NCBI RefSeq assembly: GCF_009914755.1
Contig: NC_060939.1
DNA from: the human T2T-CHM13v2.0 reference genome, Homo sapiens
DNA length: 64,000 nt
Strand: one strand, 5' to 3'
Below are positions 1-12,648 of the stretch, in pieces. The notes beneath the pieces were generated by a model that made no database searches, was not told the DNA's origin, and saw nothing but the letters and a program-made list of their open reading frames with translations. The translations under genes were made by a program, and so were the position numbers. Position 1 is the stretch's first letter. Every line of letters starts with the position of its first letter.

Positions 1-1102
1 TATTTGAGTCCATTCCCTTTGATTCCATAACATTTGAGTCCATTCAATTCCATTCCTTTCGTTTCCATTCCATTTGATGCCATTCCATTCAATTCTGTTC
101 TACTCGACTCCAATACATTCAATTCCATTCCATCCGATTCCATTACATTCTTTTCATTTCTTATCCATTTCAAGCCATTCCACTCCATTCCATTCCACTC
201 GTTTCCTTTCCATTCGAGTCCATTCCTCTCCAGTCCATTCCGTTCAATCCATTCCATTCCAGTCCATTCCATTCGAGTCCGTTCCATTCCAGTCCATTCC
301 ATTCGAGTCAATTCCATTCCATTCGATGTCTTTCCATAACGATCCATTCCATTCTATTCCTTTCGATTCCATTCCATTCTATTTCATTCCATTCGATTCC
401 CTTCCATTGGACTCCTTTCCATTCGAGTGCATTCCATTCCGTTCCATTTCTTTCCGTTCTGTACGATTCCTACCGTTCGATTTCATTTTGTTCCAGTCCA
501 TTCTTTCGCGTCCATTCATTCCATTTCACTCCATTCGATTCCATTCCACTCGATTCCACTTCGTTCCATTTCATTGCATTCCATTCTATTCAACTCTATT
601 GCCTTCCATTCCATTCCATTCGATTACATTCCATGCGATTCCATTCAAAATCGAATCAATTACATTGCAATCCATTACTATTGAGTCCGTTTTATTCCAG
701 TCCACTGCATTCTGGTCCATTCCATTTGATTCCATTCCATTCTATTCCATTCCATACAGTTGCATTCCATTGGATTCCATGCTATATCTATAAATTCAAT
801 TCGAGACCATTGCTTTTGAGTCCATTCTATATGATTCCATTCCATTCAAGTCCATTACATTTGGTTAAATTCCATTCCATTCGGTTCAATTCCATTCCAT
901 TCCATTCCCTTCCATTCCATTCCAGTTGATATCAATCCATTCGATTCCATTCCATTCGAGCACATTCCATTCGAGTCCATTCCATTCGATGCCATTCCAT
1001 TTGATTCTATTCCATTAGTCTCCATTCAATTCCATTAATCTCCATTCCATTCCATTCTACTCCAACTGATTCCATTCCATTCTATTCCTTTCCATTCCAT
1101 TT

Positions 1103-1147
1103 CATTCCATTCCATTCCATTCCATTCCATTCCATTCCATTCCATTC
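1103..1147 (+). repeat. Perfect (CATTC)n microsatellite-like tract, one per unit, variable copy number
   Basis: 9 copies in U1, 5 in U2/U11, 10 in U22, and 12 uninterrupted in U25 (44383-44442). Always lies immediately 5' of (G/T)TGTCCATTCCACT. Confidence 0.93.
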
Positions 1148-1417
1148 GTGTCCATTCCACTGCAGTCCATTCCATTCGTATCCATTCCATTCCAGTCCAT
1201 TCCATTTGTGTCCACTGCATTCCATTCCACTCCATTCCATATTATTCCATTACACTCCATTCCATTCTATTACTTTCATTTCCATTCAATTCCATTCCAT
1301 TTGATTCCATTCCACTCGGTTTCATTCCATTTGAGTCCACTCCATTCCATTCCATTCCATTCAGTTCCATTCCATTCTGTTCCATTCCATTCCGTTCCAT
1401 TACATTCCATTCCATTC

Positions 1418-1423
1418 GGTACC
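1418..1423. other. KpnI site (GGTACC), once per unit
   Basis: TTCGGTACCA seen in every complete unit examined (e.g. 1418, 3211, 12221, 35641). Confidence 0.95.
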
Positions 1424-4400
1424 ATTCCATATTGTTCCATTCGATTCCATTCGAATCCATTCCATTCCAGTCCATTCCATTCGATTCCATTCCATTCATT
1501 TCAATTCCATTCCATTCCATTCCATTACATTCCACTTGATTCCTCTCCATTCCCTTCCACTGCATTCCGTTCGATTCCATTCCATTGCATTGCATTCCAT
1601 TCCATTGGATTGCATTCCATTCGATTCCATTCCATTCGAATCAATTACATAGCAATCCATTACATTCGAGTCTATTCTCTTCCGTTCCATTCGATTTCGT
1701 TCCAATCCATTCGATTCCATTCCATTCGATTCCATTCCATACTATTGCATTCCATTCGATTACATTATATTCGAATAAGTTCCATTCAAGACCATTTCTT
1801 TTGAGTCCATTCTATTTGAGTCCATTGCCTTTGATTCCATAACATTTGAGTCCATTCAATTCCATTCCTTTCGTTTCCATTCCATTTGATGCCATTCCAT
1901 TCAATTCTGTTCTACTCGACTCCAATACATTCAATTCCATTCCATCCGATTCCATTACATTCTTTTCATTTCTTATCCATTTCAAGCCATTCCACTCCAT
2001 TCCATTCCACTCGTTTCCTTTCCATTCGAGTCCATTACTCTCCAGTCCATTCCGTTCAATCCATTCCATTCCAGTCCATTCCATTCGAGTCCGTTCCATT
2101 CCAGTCCATTCCATTCGAGTCAATTCCATTCTATTCGATGTCTTTCCATAACGATCCATTCCATTCTATTCCTTTCGATTCCATTCCATTCTATTTCATT
2201 CCATTCGATTCCCTTCCATTGGACTCCTTTCCATTCGAGTGCATTGCATTCCGTTCCATTTCTTTCCGTTCTGTACGATTCCTACCATTCGATTTCATTT
2301 TGTTCCAGTCCATTCTTTCGCGTCCATTCCATTCCATTTCACTCCATTCGATTCCATTCCACTCGATTCCACTTCGTTCCATTTCATTGCATTCCATTCT
2401 ATTCAACTCTATTGCCTTCCATTCCATTCCATTCGATTACATTCCATGCGATTCCATTCGAAATCGAATCAATTACATTGCAATCCATTACTATTGAGTC
2501 CGTTTTATTCCAGTCCACTGCATTCTGGTCCATTCCATTTGATTCCATTCCATTCTATTCCATTCCATACAGTTGCATTCCATTGGATTCCATGCTATAT
2601 CTATAAATTCAATTCGAGACCATTGCTTTTGAGTCCATTCTATATGATTCCATTCCATTCAAGTCCATTACATTTGGTTAAATTCCATTCCATTCGGTTC
2701 AATTCCATTCCATTCCATTCCCTTCCATTCCATTCCAGTTGATATCAATCCATTCGATTCCATTCCATTCGAGCACATTCCATTCGAGTCCATTCCATTC
2801 GATGCCATTCCATTTGATTCTATTCCATTAGTCTCCATTCAATTCCATTAATCTCCATTCCATTCCATTCTACTCCAACTGATTCCATTCCATTCTATTC
2901 CTTTCCATTCCATTTCATTCCATTCCATTCCATTCCATTCGTGTCCATTCCACTCCAGTCCATTCCATTCGTATCCATTCCATTCCAGTCCATTCCATTT
3001 GTGTCCACTGCATTCCATTCCACTCCATTCCATATTATTCCATTACACTCCATTCCATTCTATTACTTTCATTTCCATTCAATTCCATTCCATTTGATTC
3101 CATTCCACTCGGTTTCATTCCATTTGAGTCCACTCCATTCCATTCCATTCCATTCAGTTCCATTCCATTCTGTTCCATTCCATTCCGTTCCATTACATTC
3201 CATTCCATTCGGTACCATTCCATATTGTTCCATTCGATTCCATTCGAATCCATTCCATTCCAGTCCATTCCATTCGATTCCATTCCATTCATTTCAATTC
3301 CATTCCATTCCATTCCATTACATTCCACTTGATTCCTCTCCATTCCCTTCCACTGCATTCCGTTCGATTCCATTCCATTGCATTGCATTCCATTCCATTG
3401 GATTGCATTCCATTCGATTCCATTCCATTCGAATCAATTACATAGCAATCCATTACATTCGAGTCTATTCTCTTCCGTTCCATTCGATTTCGTTCCAATC
3501 CATTCGATTCCATTCCATTCGATTCCATTCCATACTATTGCATTCCATTCGATTACATTATATTCGAATAAGTTCCATTCAAGACCATTTCTTTTGAGTC
3601 CATTCTATTTGAGTCCATTCCCTTTGATTCCATAACATTTGAGTCCATTCAATTCCATTCCTTTCGTTTCCATTCCATTTGATGCCATTCCATTCAATTC
3701 TGTTATACTCGACTCCAATACATTCAATTCCATTCCATCCGATTCCATTACATTCTTTTCATTTCTTATCCATTTCAAGCCATTCCACTCCATTCCATTC
3801 CACTCGTTTCCTTTCCATTCGAGTCCATTCCTCTCCAGTCCATTCCGTTCAATCCATTCCATTCCAGTCCATTCCATTCGAGTCCGTTCCATTCCAGTCC
3901 ATTCCATTCGAGTCAATTCCATTCCATTCGATGTCTTTCCATAACGATCCATTCCATTCTATTCCTTTCGATTCCATTCCATTCTATTTCATTCCATTCG
4001 ATTCCCTTCCATTGGACTCCTTTCCATTCGAGTGCATTCCATTCCGTTCCATTTCTTTCCGTTCTGTACGATTCCTACCGTTCGATTTCATTTTTTTCCA
4101 GTCCATTCTTTCGCGTCCATTCCATTCCATTTCACTCCATTCGATTCCATTCCACTCGATTCCACTTCGTTCCATTTCATTGCATTCCATTCTATTCAAC
4201 TCTATTGCCTTCCATTCCATTCCATTCGATTACATTCCATGCGATTCCATTCGAAATCGAATCAATTACATTGCAATCCATTACTATTGAGTCCGTTTTA
4301 TTCCAGTCCACTGCATTCTGGTCCATTCCATTTGATTCCATTCCATTCTATTCCATTCCATACAGTTGCATTCCATTGGATTCCATGCTATATCTATAAA

Positions 4401-5451
4401 TTCAATTCGAGACCATTGCTTTTGAGTCCATTCTATATGATTCCATTCCATTCAAGTCCATTACATTTGGTTAAATTCCATTCCATTCGGTTCAATTCCA
4501 TTCCATTCCATTCCCTTCCATTCCATTCCAGTTGATATCAATCCATTCGATTCCATTCCATTCGAGCACATTCCATTCGAGTCCATTCCATTCGATGCCA
4601 TTCCATTTGATTCTATTCCATTAGTCTCCATTCAATTCCATTAATCTCCATTCCATTCCATTCTACTCCAACTGATTCCATTCCATTCTATTCCTTTTTA
4701 TTCCATTCCATTCCATTCCATTCCATTCCATTCCATTCCATTCCATTCCATTCGTGTCCATTCCACTCCAGTCCATTCCATTCGTATCCATTCCATTCCA
4801 GTCCATTCCATTTGTGTCCACTGCATTCCATTCCACTCCATTCCATATTATTCCATTACACTCCATTCCATTCTATTACTTTCATTTCCATTCAATTCCA
4901 TTCCATTTGATTCCATTCCACTCGGTTTCATTCTATTTGAGTCCACTCCATTCCATTCCATTCCATTCAGTTCCATTCCATTCTGTTCCATTCCATTCCG
5001 TTCCATTACATTGCATTCCATTCGGTACCATTCCATATTGTTCCATTCGATTCCATTCGAATCCATTCCATTCCAGTCCATTCCATTCGATTCCATTCCA
5101 TTCATTTCAATTCCATTCCATTCCATTCCATTACATTCCACTTGATTCCTCTCCATTCCCTTCCACTGCATTCCGTTCGATTCCATTCCATTGCATTGCA
5201 TTCCATTCCATTGGATTGCATTCCATTCGATTCCATTCCATTCGAATCAATTACATAGCAATCCATTACATTCGAGTCTATTCTCTTCCGTTCCATTCGA
5301 TTTCGTTCCAATCCATTCGATTCCATTCCATTCGATTCCATTCCATACTATTGCATTCCATTCGATTACATTATATTCGAATAAGTTCCATTCAAGACCA
5401 TTTCTTTTGAGTCCATTCTATTTGAGTCCATTCCCTTTGATTCCATAACAT

Positions 5452-7230
5452 TTGAGTCCATTCAATTCCATTCCTTTCGTTTCCATTCCATTTGATGCCA
5501 TTCCATTCAATTCTGTTCTACTCGACTCCAATACATTCAATTCCATTCCATCCGATTCCATTACATTCTTTTCATTTCTTATCCATTTCAAGCCATTCCA
5601 CTCCATTCCATTCCACTCGTTTCCTTTCCATTCGAGTCCATTCCTCTCCAGTCCATTCCGTTCAATCCATTCCATTCCAGTCCATTCCATTCGAGTCCGT
5701 TCCATTCCAGTCCATTCCATTCGAGTCAATTCCATTCCATTAGATGTCTTTCCATAACCATCCATTCCATTCTATTCCTTTCGATTCCATTCCATTCTAT
5801 TTCATTCCATTCGATTCCCTTCCATTGGACTCCTTTCCATTCGAGTGCATTCCATTCCGTTCCATTTCTTTCCGTTCTGTACGATTCCTACCGTTCGATT
5901 TCATTTTGTTCCAGTCCATTCCTTTCGCGTTCATTCCATTCCATTTCACTCCATTCGATTCCATTCCACTCGATTCCACTTCGTTCCATTTCATTGCATT
6001 CCATTCTATTCAACTCTATTGCCTTCCATTCCATTCCATTCGATTACATTCCATGCGATTCCATTCGAAATCGAATCAATTACATTGCAAACCATTACTA
6101 TTGAGTCCGTTTTATTCCAGTCCACTGCATTCTGGTCCATTCCATTTGATTCCATTCCATTCTATTCCATTCCATACAGTTGCATTCCATTGGATTCCAT
6201 GCTATATCTATAAATTCAATTCGAGACCATTGCTTTTGAGTCCATTCTATATGATTCCTTTCCATTCAATTCCATTACATTTGGTTCAATTCCATTCCAT
6301 TCCATTCCCTTTCATTCCATTCCATTTGATATCAATCCATTCGATTCCATTCCATTCGAGCACATTCCATTCGAGTCCATTCCATTCGATGCCATTCCAT
6401 TTGATTCTATTCCATTACTCTCCATTCAATTCCATTAATCTCCATTCCATTCCATTCTACTCCAACTGATTCCATTCCATTCTATTCCTTTCCATTCCAT
6501 TTCATTCCATTCCATTCCATACCATTCCATTCCATTCCATTCCAATCGTGTCCATTCCACTCCAGTCCATTCCATTCGTGTTTATTCCATTCCAATCCAT
6601 TCCATTTGTGTCCACTGCATTCCATTCCACTCCATTCCATATTATTCCATTACACTCCATTCCATTCTATTACTTTCATTTCCATTCAATTCCATTCCAT
6701 TTGATTCCATTCCACTCGGTTTCATTCCATTTGAGTTCACTCCATTCCATTCCATTCCATTCCATTCAGTTCCATTCCATTCCGTTCCATTACATTCCAT
6801 TCCATTCGGTACCATTCCATATTGTTCCATTCGATTCCATTCGAATCCATTCCATTGCAGTCCATTCCATTCGATTCCATTCCATTCATTTCAATTCCAT
6901 TCCATTCCATTCCATTCCACTTGATTCCTCTCCATTCCCTTCCACTGCATTCCGTTCGATTCCATTCCATTGCATTGCATTCCATTCCATTGGATTGCAT
7001 TCCATTCGATTCCATTCCATTCGAATCAATTACATAGCAATCCATTACATTCGAGTCTATTCTCTTCCGTTCCATTCGATTTCGTTCCAATCCATTCGAT
7101 TCCATTCCATTCGATTCCATTCCATACTATTGCATTCCATTCGATTACATTATATTCGAATAAGTTCCATTCAAGACCATTTCTTTTGAGTCCATTCTAT
7201 TTGAGTCCATTCCCTTTGATTCCATAACAT
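5452..7230 (+). repeat. Variant (B-type) unit U4, 1779 bp
   Basis: ATTCCTTTCGCG (+1 C), GCAAACC, single-copy TTGGTTCAATTCC 20-mer, CCATTTGATATC, GAGTTCAC, loss of the TTCTGTTCC decamer, TTGCAGTCC. Confidence 0.92.
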
Positions 7231-10200
7231 TTGAGTCCATTCAATTCCATTCCTTTCGTTTCCATTCCATTTGATGCCATTCCATTCAATTCTGTTCTAC
7301 TCGACTCCAATACATTCAATTCCATTCCATCCGATTCCATTACATTCTTTTCATTTCTTATCCATTTCAAGCCATTCCACTCCATTCCATTCCACTCGTT
7401 TCCTTTCCATTCGAGTCCATTCCTCTCCAGTCCATTCCGTTCAATCCATTCCATTCCAGTCCATTCCATTCGAGTCCGTTCCATTCCAGTCCATTCCATT
7501 CGAGTCAATTCCATTCCATTCGATGTCTTTCCATAACGATCCATTCCATTCTATTCCTTTCGATTCCATTCCATTCTATTTCATTCCATTCGATTCCCTT
7601 CCATTGGACTCCTTTCCATTCGAGTGCATTCCATTCCGTTCCATTTCTTTCCGTTCTGTACGATTCCTACCGTTCGATTTCATTTTCTTCCAGTCCATTC
7701 TTTCGCGTCCATTCCATTCCATTTCACTCCATTCGATTCCATTCCACTCGATTCCACTTCGTTCCATTTCATTGCATTCCATTCTATTCAACTCTATTGC
7801 CTTCCATTCCATTCCATTCGATTACATTCCATGCGATTCCATTCGAAATCGAATCAATTACATTGCAATCCATTACTATTGAGTCCGTTTTATTCCAGTC
7901 CACTGCATTCTGGTCCATTCCATTTGATTCCATTCCATTCTATTCCATTCCATACAGTTGCATTCCATTGGATTCCATGCTATATCTATAAATTCAATTC
8001 GAGACCATTGCTTTTGAGTCCATTCTATATGATTCCATTCCATTCAAGTCCATTACATTTGGTTAAATTCCATTCCATTCGGTTCAATTCCATTCCATTC
8101 CATTCCCTTCCATTCCATTCCAGTTGATATCAATCCATTCGATTCCATTCCATTCGAGCACATTCCATTCGAGTCCATTCCATTCGATGCCATTCCATTT
8201 GATTCTATTCCATTAGTCTCCATTCAATTCCATTAATCTCCATTCCATTCCATTCTACTCCAACTGATTCCATTCCATTCTATTCCTTTCCATTCCATTT
8301 CATTCCATTCCATTCCATTCCATTCCATTCCATTCCATTCGTGTCCATTCCACTCCAGTCCATTCCATTCGTATCCATTCCATTCCAGTCCATTCCATTT
8401 GTGTCCACTGCATTCCATTCCACTCCATTCCATATTATTCCATTACACTCCATTCCATTCTATTACTTTCATTTCCATTCAAATCCATTCCATTTGATTC
8501 CATTCCACTCGGTTTCATTCCATTTGAGTCCACTCCATTCCATTCCATTCCATTCAGTTCCATTCCATTCTGTTCCATTCCATTCCGTTCCATTACATTG
8601 CATTCCATTCGGTACCATTCCATATTGTTCCATTCGATTCCATTCGAATCCATTCCATTCCAGTCCATTCCATTCGATTCCATTCCATTCATTTCAATTC
8701 CATTCCATTCCATTCCATTCCATTCCACTTGATTCCTCTCCATTCCCTTCCACTGCATTCCGTTCGATTCCATTCCATTGCATTGCATTCCATTCCATTG
8801 GATTGCATTCCATTCGATTCCATTCCATTCGAATCAATTACATAGCAATCCATTACATTCGAGTCTATTCTCTTCCGTTCCATTCGATTTCGTTCCAATC
8901 CATTCGATTCCATTCCATTCGATTCCATTCCATACTATTGCATTCCATTCGATTACATTATATTCGAATAAGTTCCATTCAAGACCATTTCTTTTGAGTC
9001 CATTCTATTTGAGTCCATTCCCTTTGATTCCATAACATTTGAGTCCATTCAATTCCATTCCTTTCGTTTCCATTCCATTTGATGCCATTCCATTCAATTC
9101 TGTTCTACTCGACTCCAATACATTCAATTCCATTCCATCCGATTCCATTACATTCTTTTCATTTCTTATCCATTTCAAGCCATTCCACTCCATTCCATTC
9201 CACTCGTTTCCTTTCCATTCGAGTCCATTCCTCTCCAGTCCATTCCATTCAATCCATTCCATTCCAGTCAATTCCATTCGAGTCCGTTCCATTCCAGTCC
9301 ATTCCATTCGAGTCAATTCCATTCCATTCGATGTCTTTCCATAACGATCCATTCCATTCTATTCCTTTCGATTCCATTCCATTCTATTTCATTCCATTCG
9401 ATTCCCTTCCATTGGACTCCTTTCCATTCGAGTGCATTCCATTCCGTTCCATTTCTTTCCGTTCTGTACGATTCCTACCGTTCGATTTCATTTTGTTCCA
9501 GTCCATTCTTTCGCGTCCATTCATTCCATTTCACTCCATTCGATTCCATTCCACTCGATTCCACTTCGTTCCATTTCATTGCATTCCATTCTATTCAACT
9601 CTATTGCCTTCCATTCCATTCCATTCGATTACATTCCATGCGATTCCATTCGAAATCGAATCAATTACATTGCAATCCATTACTATTGAGTCCGTTTTAT
9701 TCCAGTCCACTGCATTCTGGTCCATTCCATTTGATTCCATTCCATTCTATTCCATTCCATACAGTTGCATTCCATTGGATTCCATGCTATATCTATAAAT
9801 TCAATTCGAGACCATTGCTTTTGAGTCCATTCTATATGATTCCATTCCATTCAAGTCCATTACATTTGGTTAAATTCCATTCCATTCGGTTCAATTCCAT
9901 TCCATTCCATTCCCTTCCATTCCATTCCAGTTGATATCAATCCATTCGATTCCATTCCATTCGAGCACATTCCATTCGAGTCCATTCCATTCGATGCCAT
10001 TCCATTTGATTCTATTCCATTAGTCTCCATTCAATTCCATTAATCTCCATTCCATTCCATTCTACTCCAACTGATTCCATTCCATTCTATTCCTTTTTAT
10101 TCCATTTCATTCCATTCCATTCCATTCCATTCCATTCCATTCCATTCGTGTCCATTCCACTCCAGTCCATTCCATTCGTATCCATTCCATTCCAGTCCAT

Positions 10201-12648
10201 TCCATTTGTGTCCACTGGATTCCATTCCACTCCATTCCATATTATTCCATTACACTCCATTCCATTCTATTACTTTCATTTCCATTCAATTCCATTCCAT
10301 TTGATTCCATTCCACTCGGTTTCATTCCATTTGAGTCCACTCCATTCCATTCCATTCCATTCAGTTCCATTCCATTCTGTTCCATTCCATTCCGTTCCAT
10401 TACATTCCATTCCATTCGGTACCATTCCATATTGTTCCATTCGATTCCATTCGAATCCATTCCATTCCAGTCCATTCCATTCGATTCCATTCCATTCATT
10501 TCAATTCCATTCCATTCCATTCCATTACATTCCACTTGATTCCTCTCCATTCCCTTCCACTGCATTCCGTTCGATTCCATTCCATTGCATTGCATTCCAT
10601 TCCATTGGATTGCATTCCATTCGATTCCATTCCATTCGAATCAATTACATAGCAATCCATTACATTCGAGTCTATTCTATTCCGTTCCATTCGATTTCGT
10701 TCCAATCCATTCGATTCCATTCCATTCGATTCCATTCCATACTATTGCATTCCATTCGATTACATTATATTCGAATAAGTTCCATTCAAGACCATTTCTT
10801 TTGAGTCCATTCTATTTGAGTCCATTCCCTTTGATTCCATAACATTTGAGTCCATTCAATTCCATTCCTTTCGTTTCCATTCCATTTGATGCCATTCCAT
10901 TCAATTCTGTTCTACTCGACTCCAATACATTCAATTCCATTCCATCCGATTCCATTACATTCTTTTCATTTCTTATCCATTTCAAGCCATTCCACTCCAT
11001 TCCATTCCACTCGTTTCCTTTCCATTCGAGTCCATTCCTCTCCAGTCCATTCCGTTCAATCCATTCCATTCCAGTCCATTCCATTCGAGTCCGTTCCATT
11101 CCAGTCCATTCCATTCGAGTCAATTCCATTCCATTCGATGTCTTTCCATAACGATCCATTCCATTCAATTCCTTTCGATTCCATTCCATTCTATTTCATT
11201 CCATTCGATTCCCTTCCATTGGACTCCTTTCCATTCGAGTGCATTCCATTCCGTTCCATTTCTTTCCGTTCTGTACGATTCCTACCGTTCGATTTCATTT
11301 TCTTCCAGTCCATTCTTTCGCGTCCATTCCATTCCATTTCACTCCATTCGATTCCATTCCACTCGATTCCACTTCGTTCCATTTCATTGCATTCCATTCT
11401 ATTCAACTCTATTGCCTTCCATTCCATTCCATTCGATTACATTCCATGCGATTCCATTCGTAATCGAATCAATTACATTGCAATCCATTACTATTGAGTC
11501 CGTTTTATTCCAGTCCACTGCATTCTGGTCCATTCCATTTGATTCCATTCCATTCTATTCCATTCCATACAGTTGCATTCCATTGGATTCCATGCTATAT
11601 CTATAAATTCAATTCGAGACCATTGCTTTTGAGTCCATTCTATATGATTCCATTCCATTCAAGTCCATTACATTTGGTTAAATTCCATTCCATTCGGTTC
11701 AATTCCATTCCATTCCATTCCCTTCCATTCCATTCCAGTTGATATCAATCCATTCGATTCCATTCCATTCGAGCACATTCCATTCGAGTCCATTCCATTC
11801 GATGCCATTCCATTTGATTCTATTCCATTAGTCTCCATTCAATTCCATTAATCTCCATTCCATTCCATTCTACTCCAACTGATTCCATTCCATTCCATTC
11901 CTTTCCATTCCATTCCATTCCATTCCATTCCATTCCATTCCATTCCATTCGTGTCCATTCCACTCCAGTCCATTCCATTCGTATCCATTCCATTCCAGTC
12001 CATTCCATTTGTGTCCACTGCATTCCATTCCACTCCATTCCATATTATTCCATTACACTCCATTCCATTCTATTACTTTCATTTCCATTCAATTCCATTC
12101 CATTTGATTACATTCCACTCGGTTTCATTCTATTTGAGTCCACTCCATTCCATTCCATTCCATTCAGTTCCATTCCATTCTGTTCCATTCCATTCCGTTC
12201 CATTACATTGCATTCCATTCGGTACCATGCCATATTGTTCCATTCGATTCCATTCGAATCCATTCCATTCCAGTCCATTCCATTCGATTCCATTCCATTC
12301 ATTTCAATTCCATTCCATTCCATTCCATTACATTCCACTTGATTCCTCTCCATTCCCTTCCACTGCATTCCGTTCGATTCCATTCCATTGCATTGCATTC
12401 CATTCCATTGGATTGCATTCCATTCGATTCCATTCCATTCGAATCAATTACATAGCAATCCATTACATTCGAGTCTATTCTCTTCCGTTCCATTCGATTT
12501 CGTTCCAATCCATTCGATTCCATTCCATTCGATTCCATTCCATACTATTGCATTCCATTCGATTATATTATATTCGAATAAGTTCCATTCAAGACCATTT
12601 CTTTTGAGTCCATTCTATTTGAGTCCATTCCCTTTGATTCCATAACAT

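Larger units (their letters stand above)
34..1845 (+). repeat. Representative major-type (A) 1.8 kb unit, U1 (1812 bp)
   Basis: Runs from the anchor at 34 to the next anchor at 1846. Contains TATAAAT 789-795, EcoRV 928-933, perfect (CATTC)9 1103-1147 and KpnI 1418-1423. Confidence 0.95.

Noticed and set aside
640-670. Possible HSF1 heat-shock element or DUX4 site around TTCGAAATCGAATCAATTA
   Set aside because: It does not form three correctly spaced alternating nGAAn units and only partly resembles the DUX4 consensus; not supportable from sequence.
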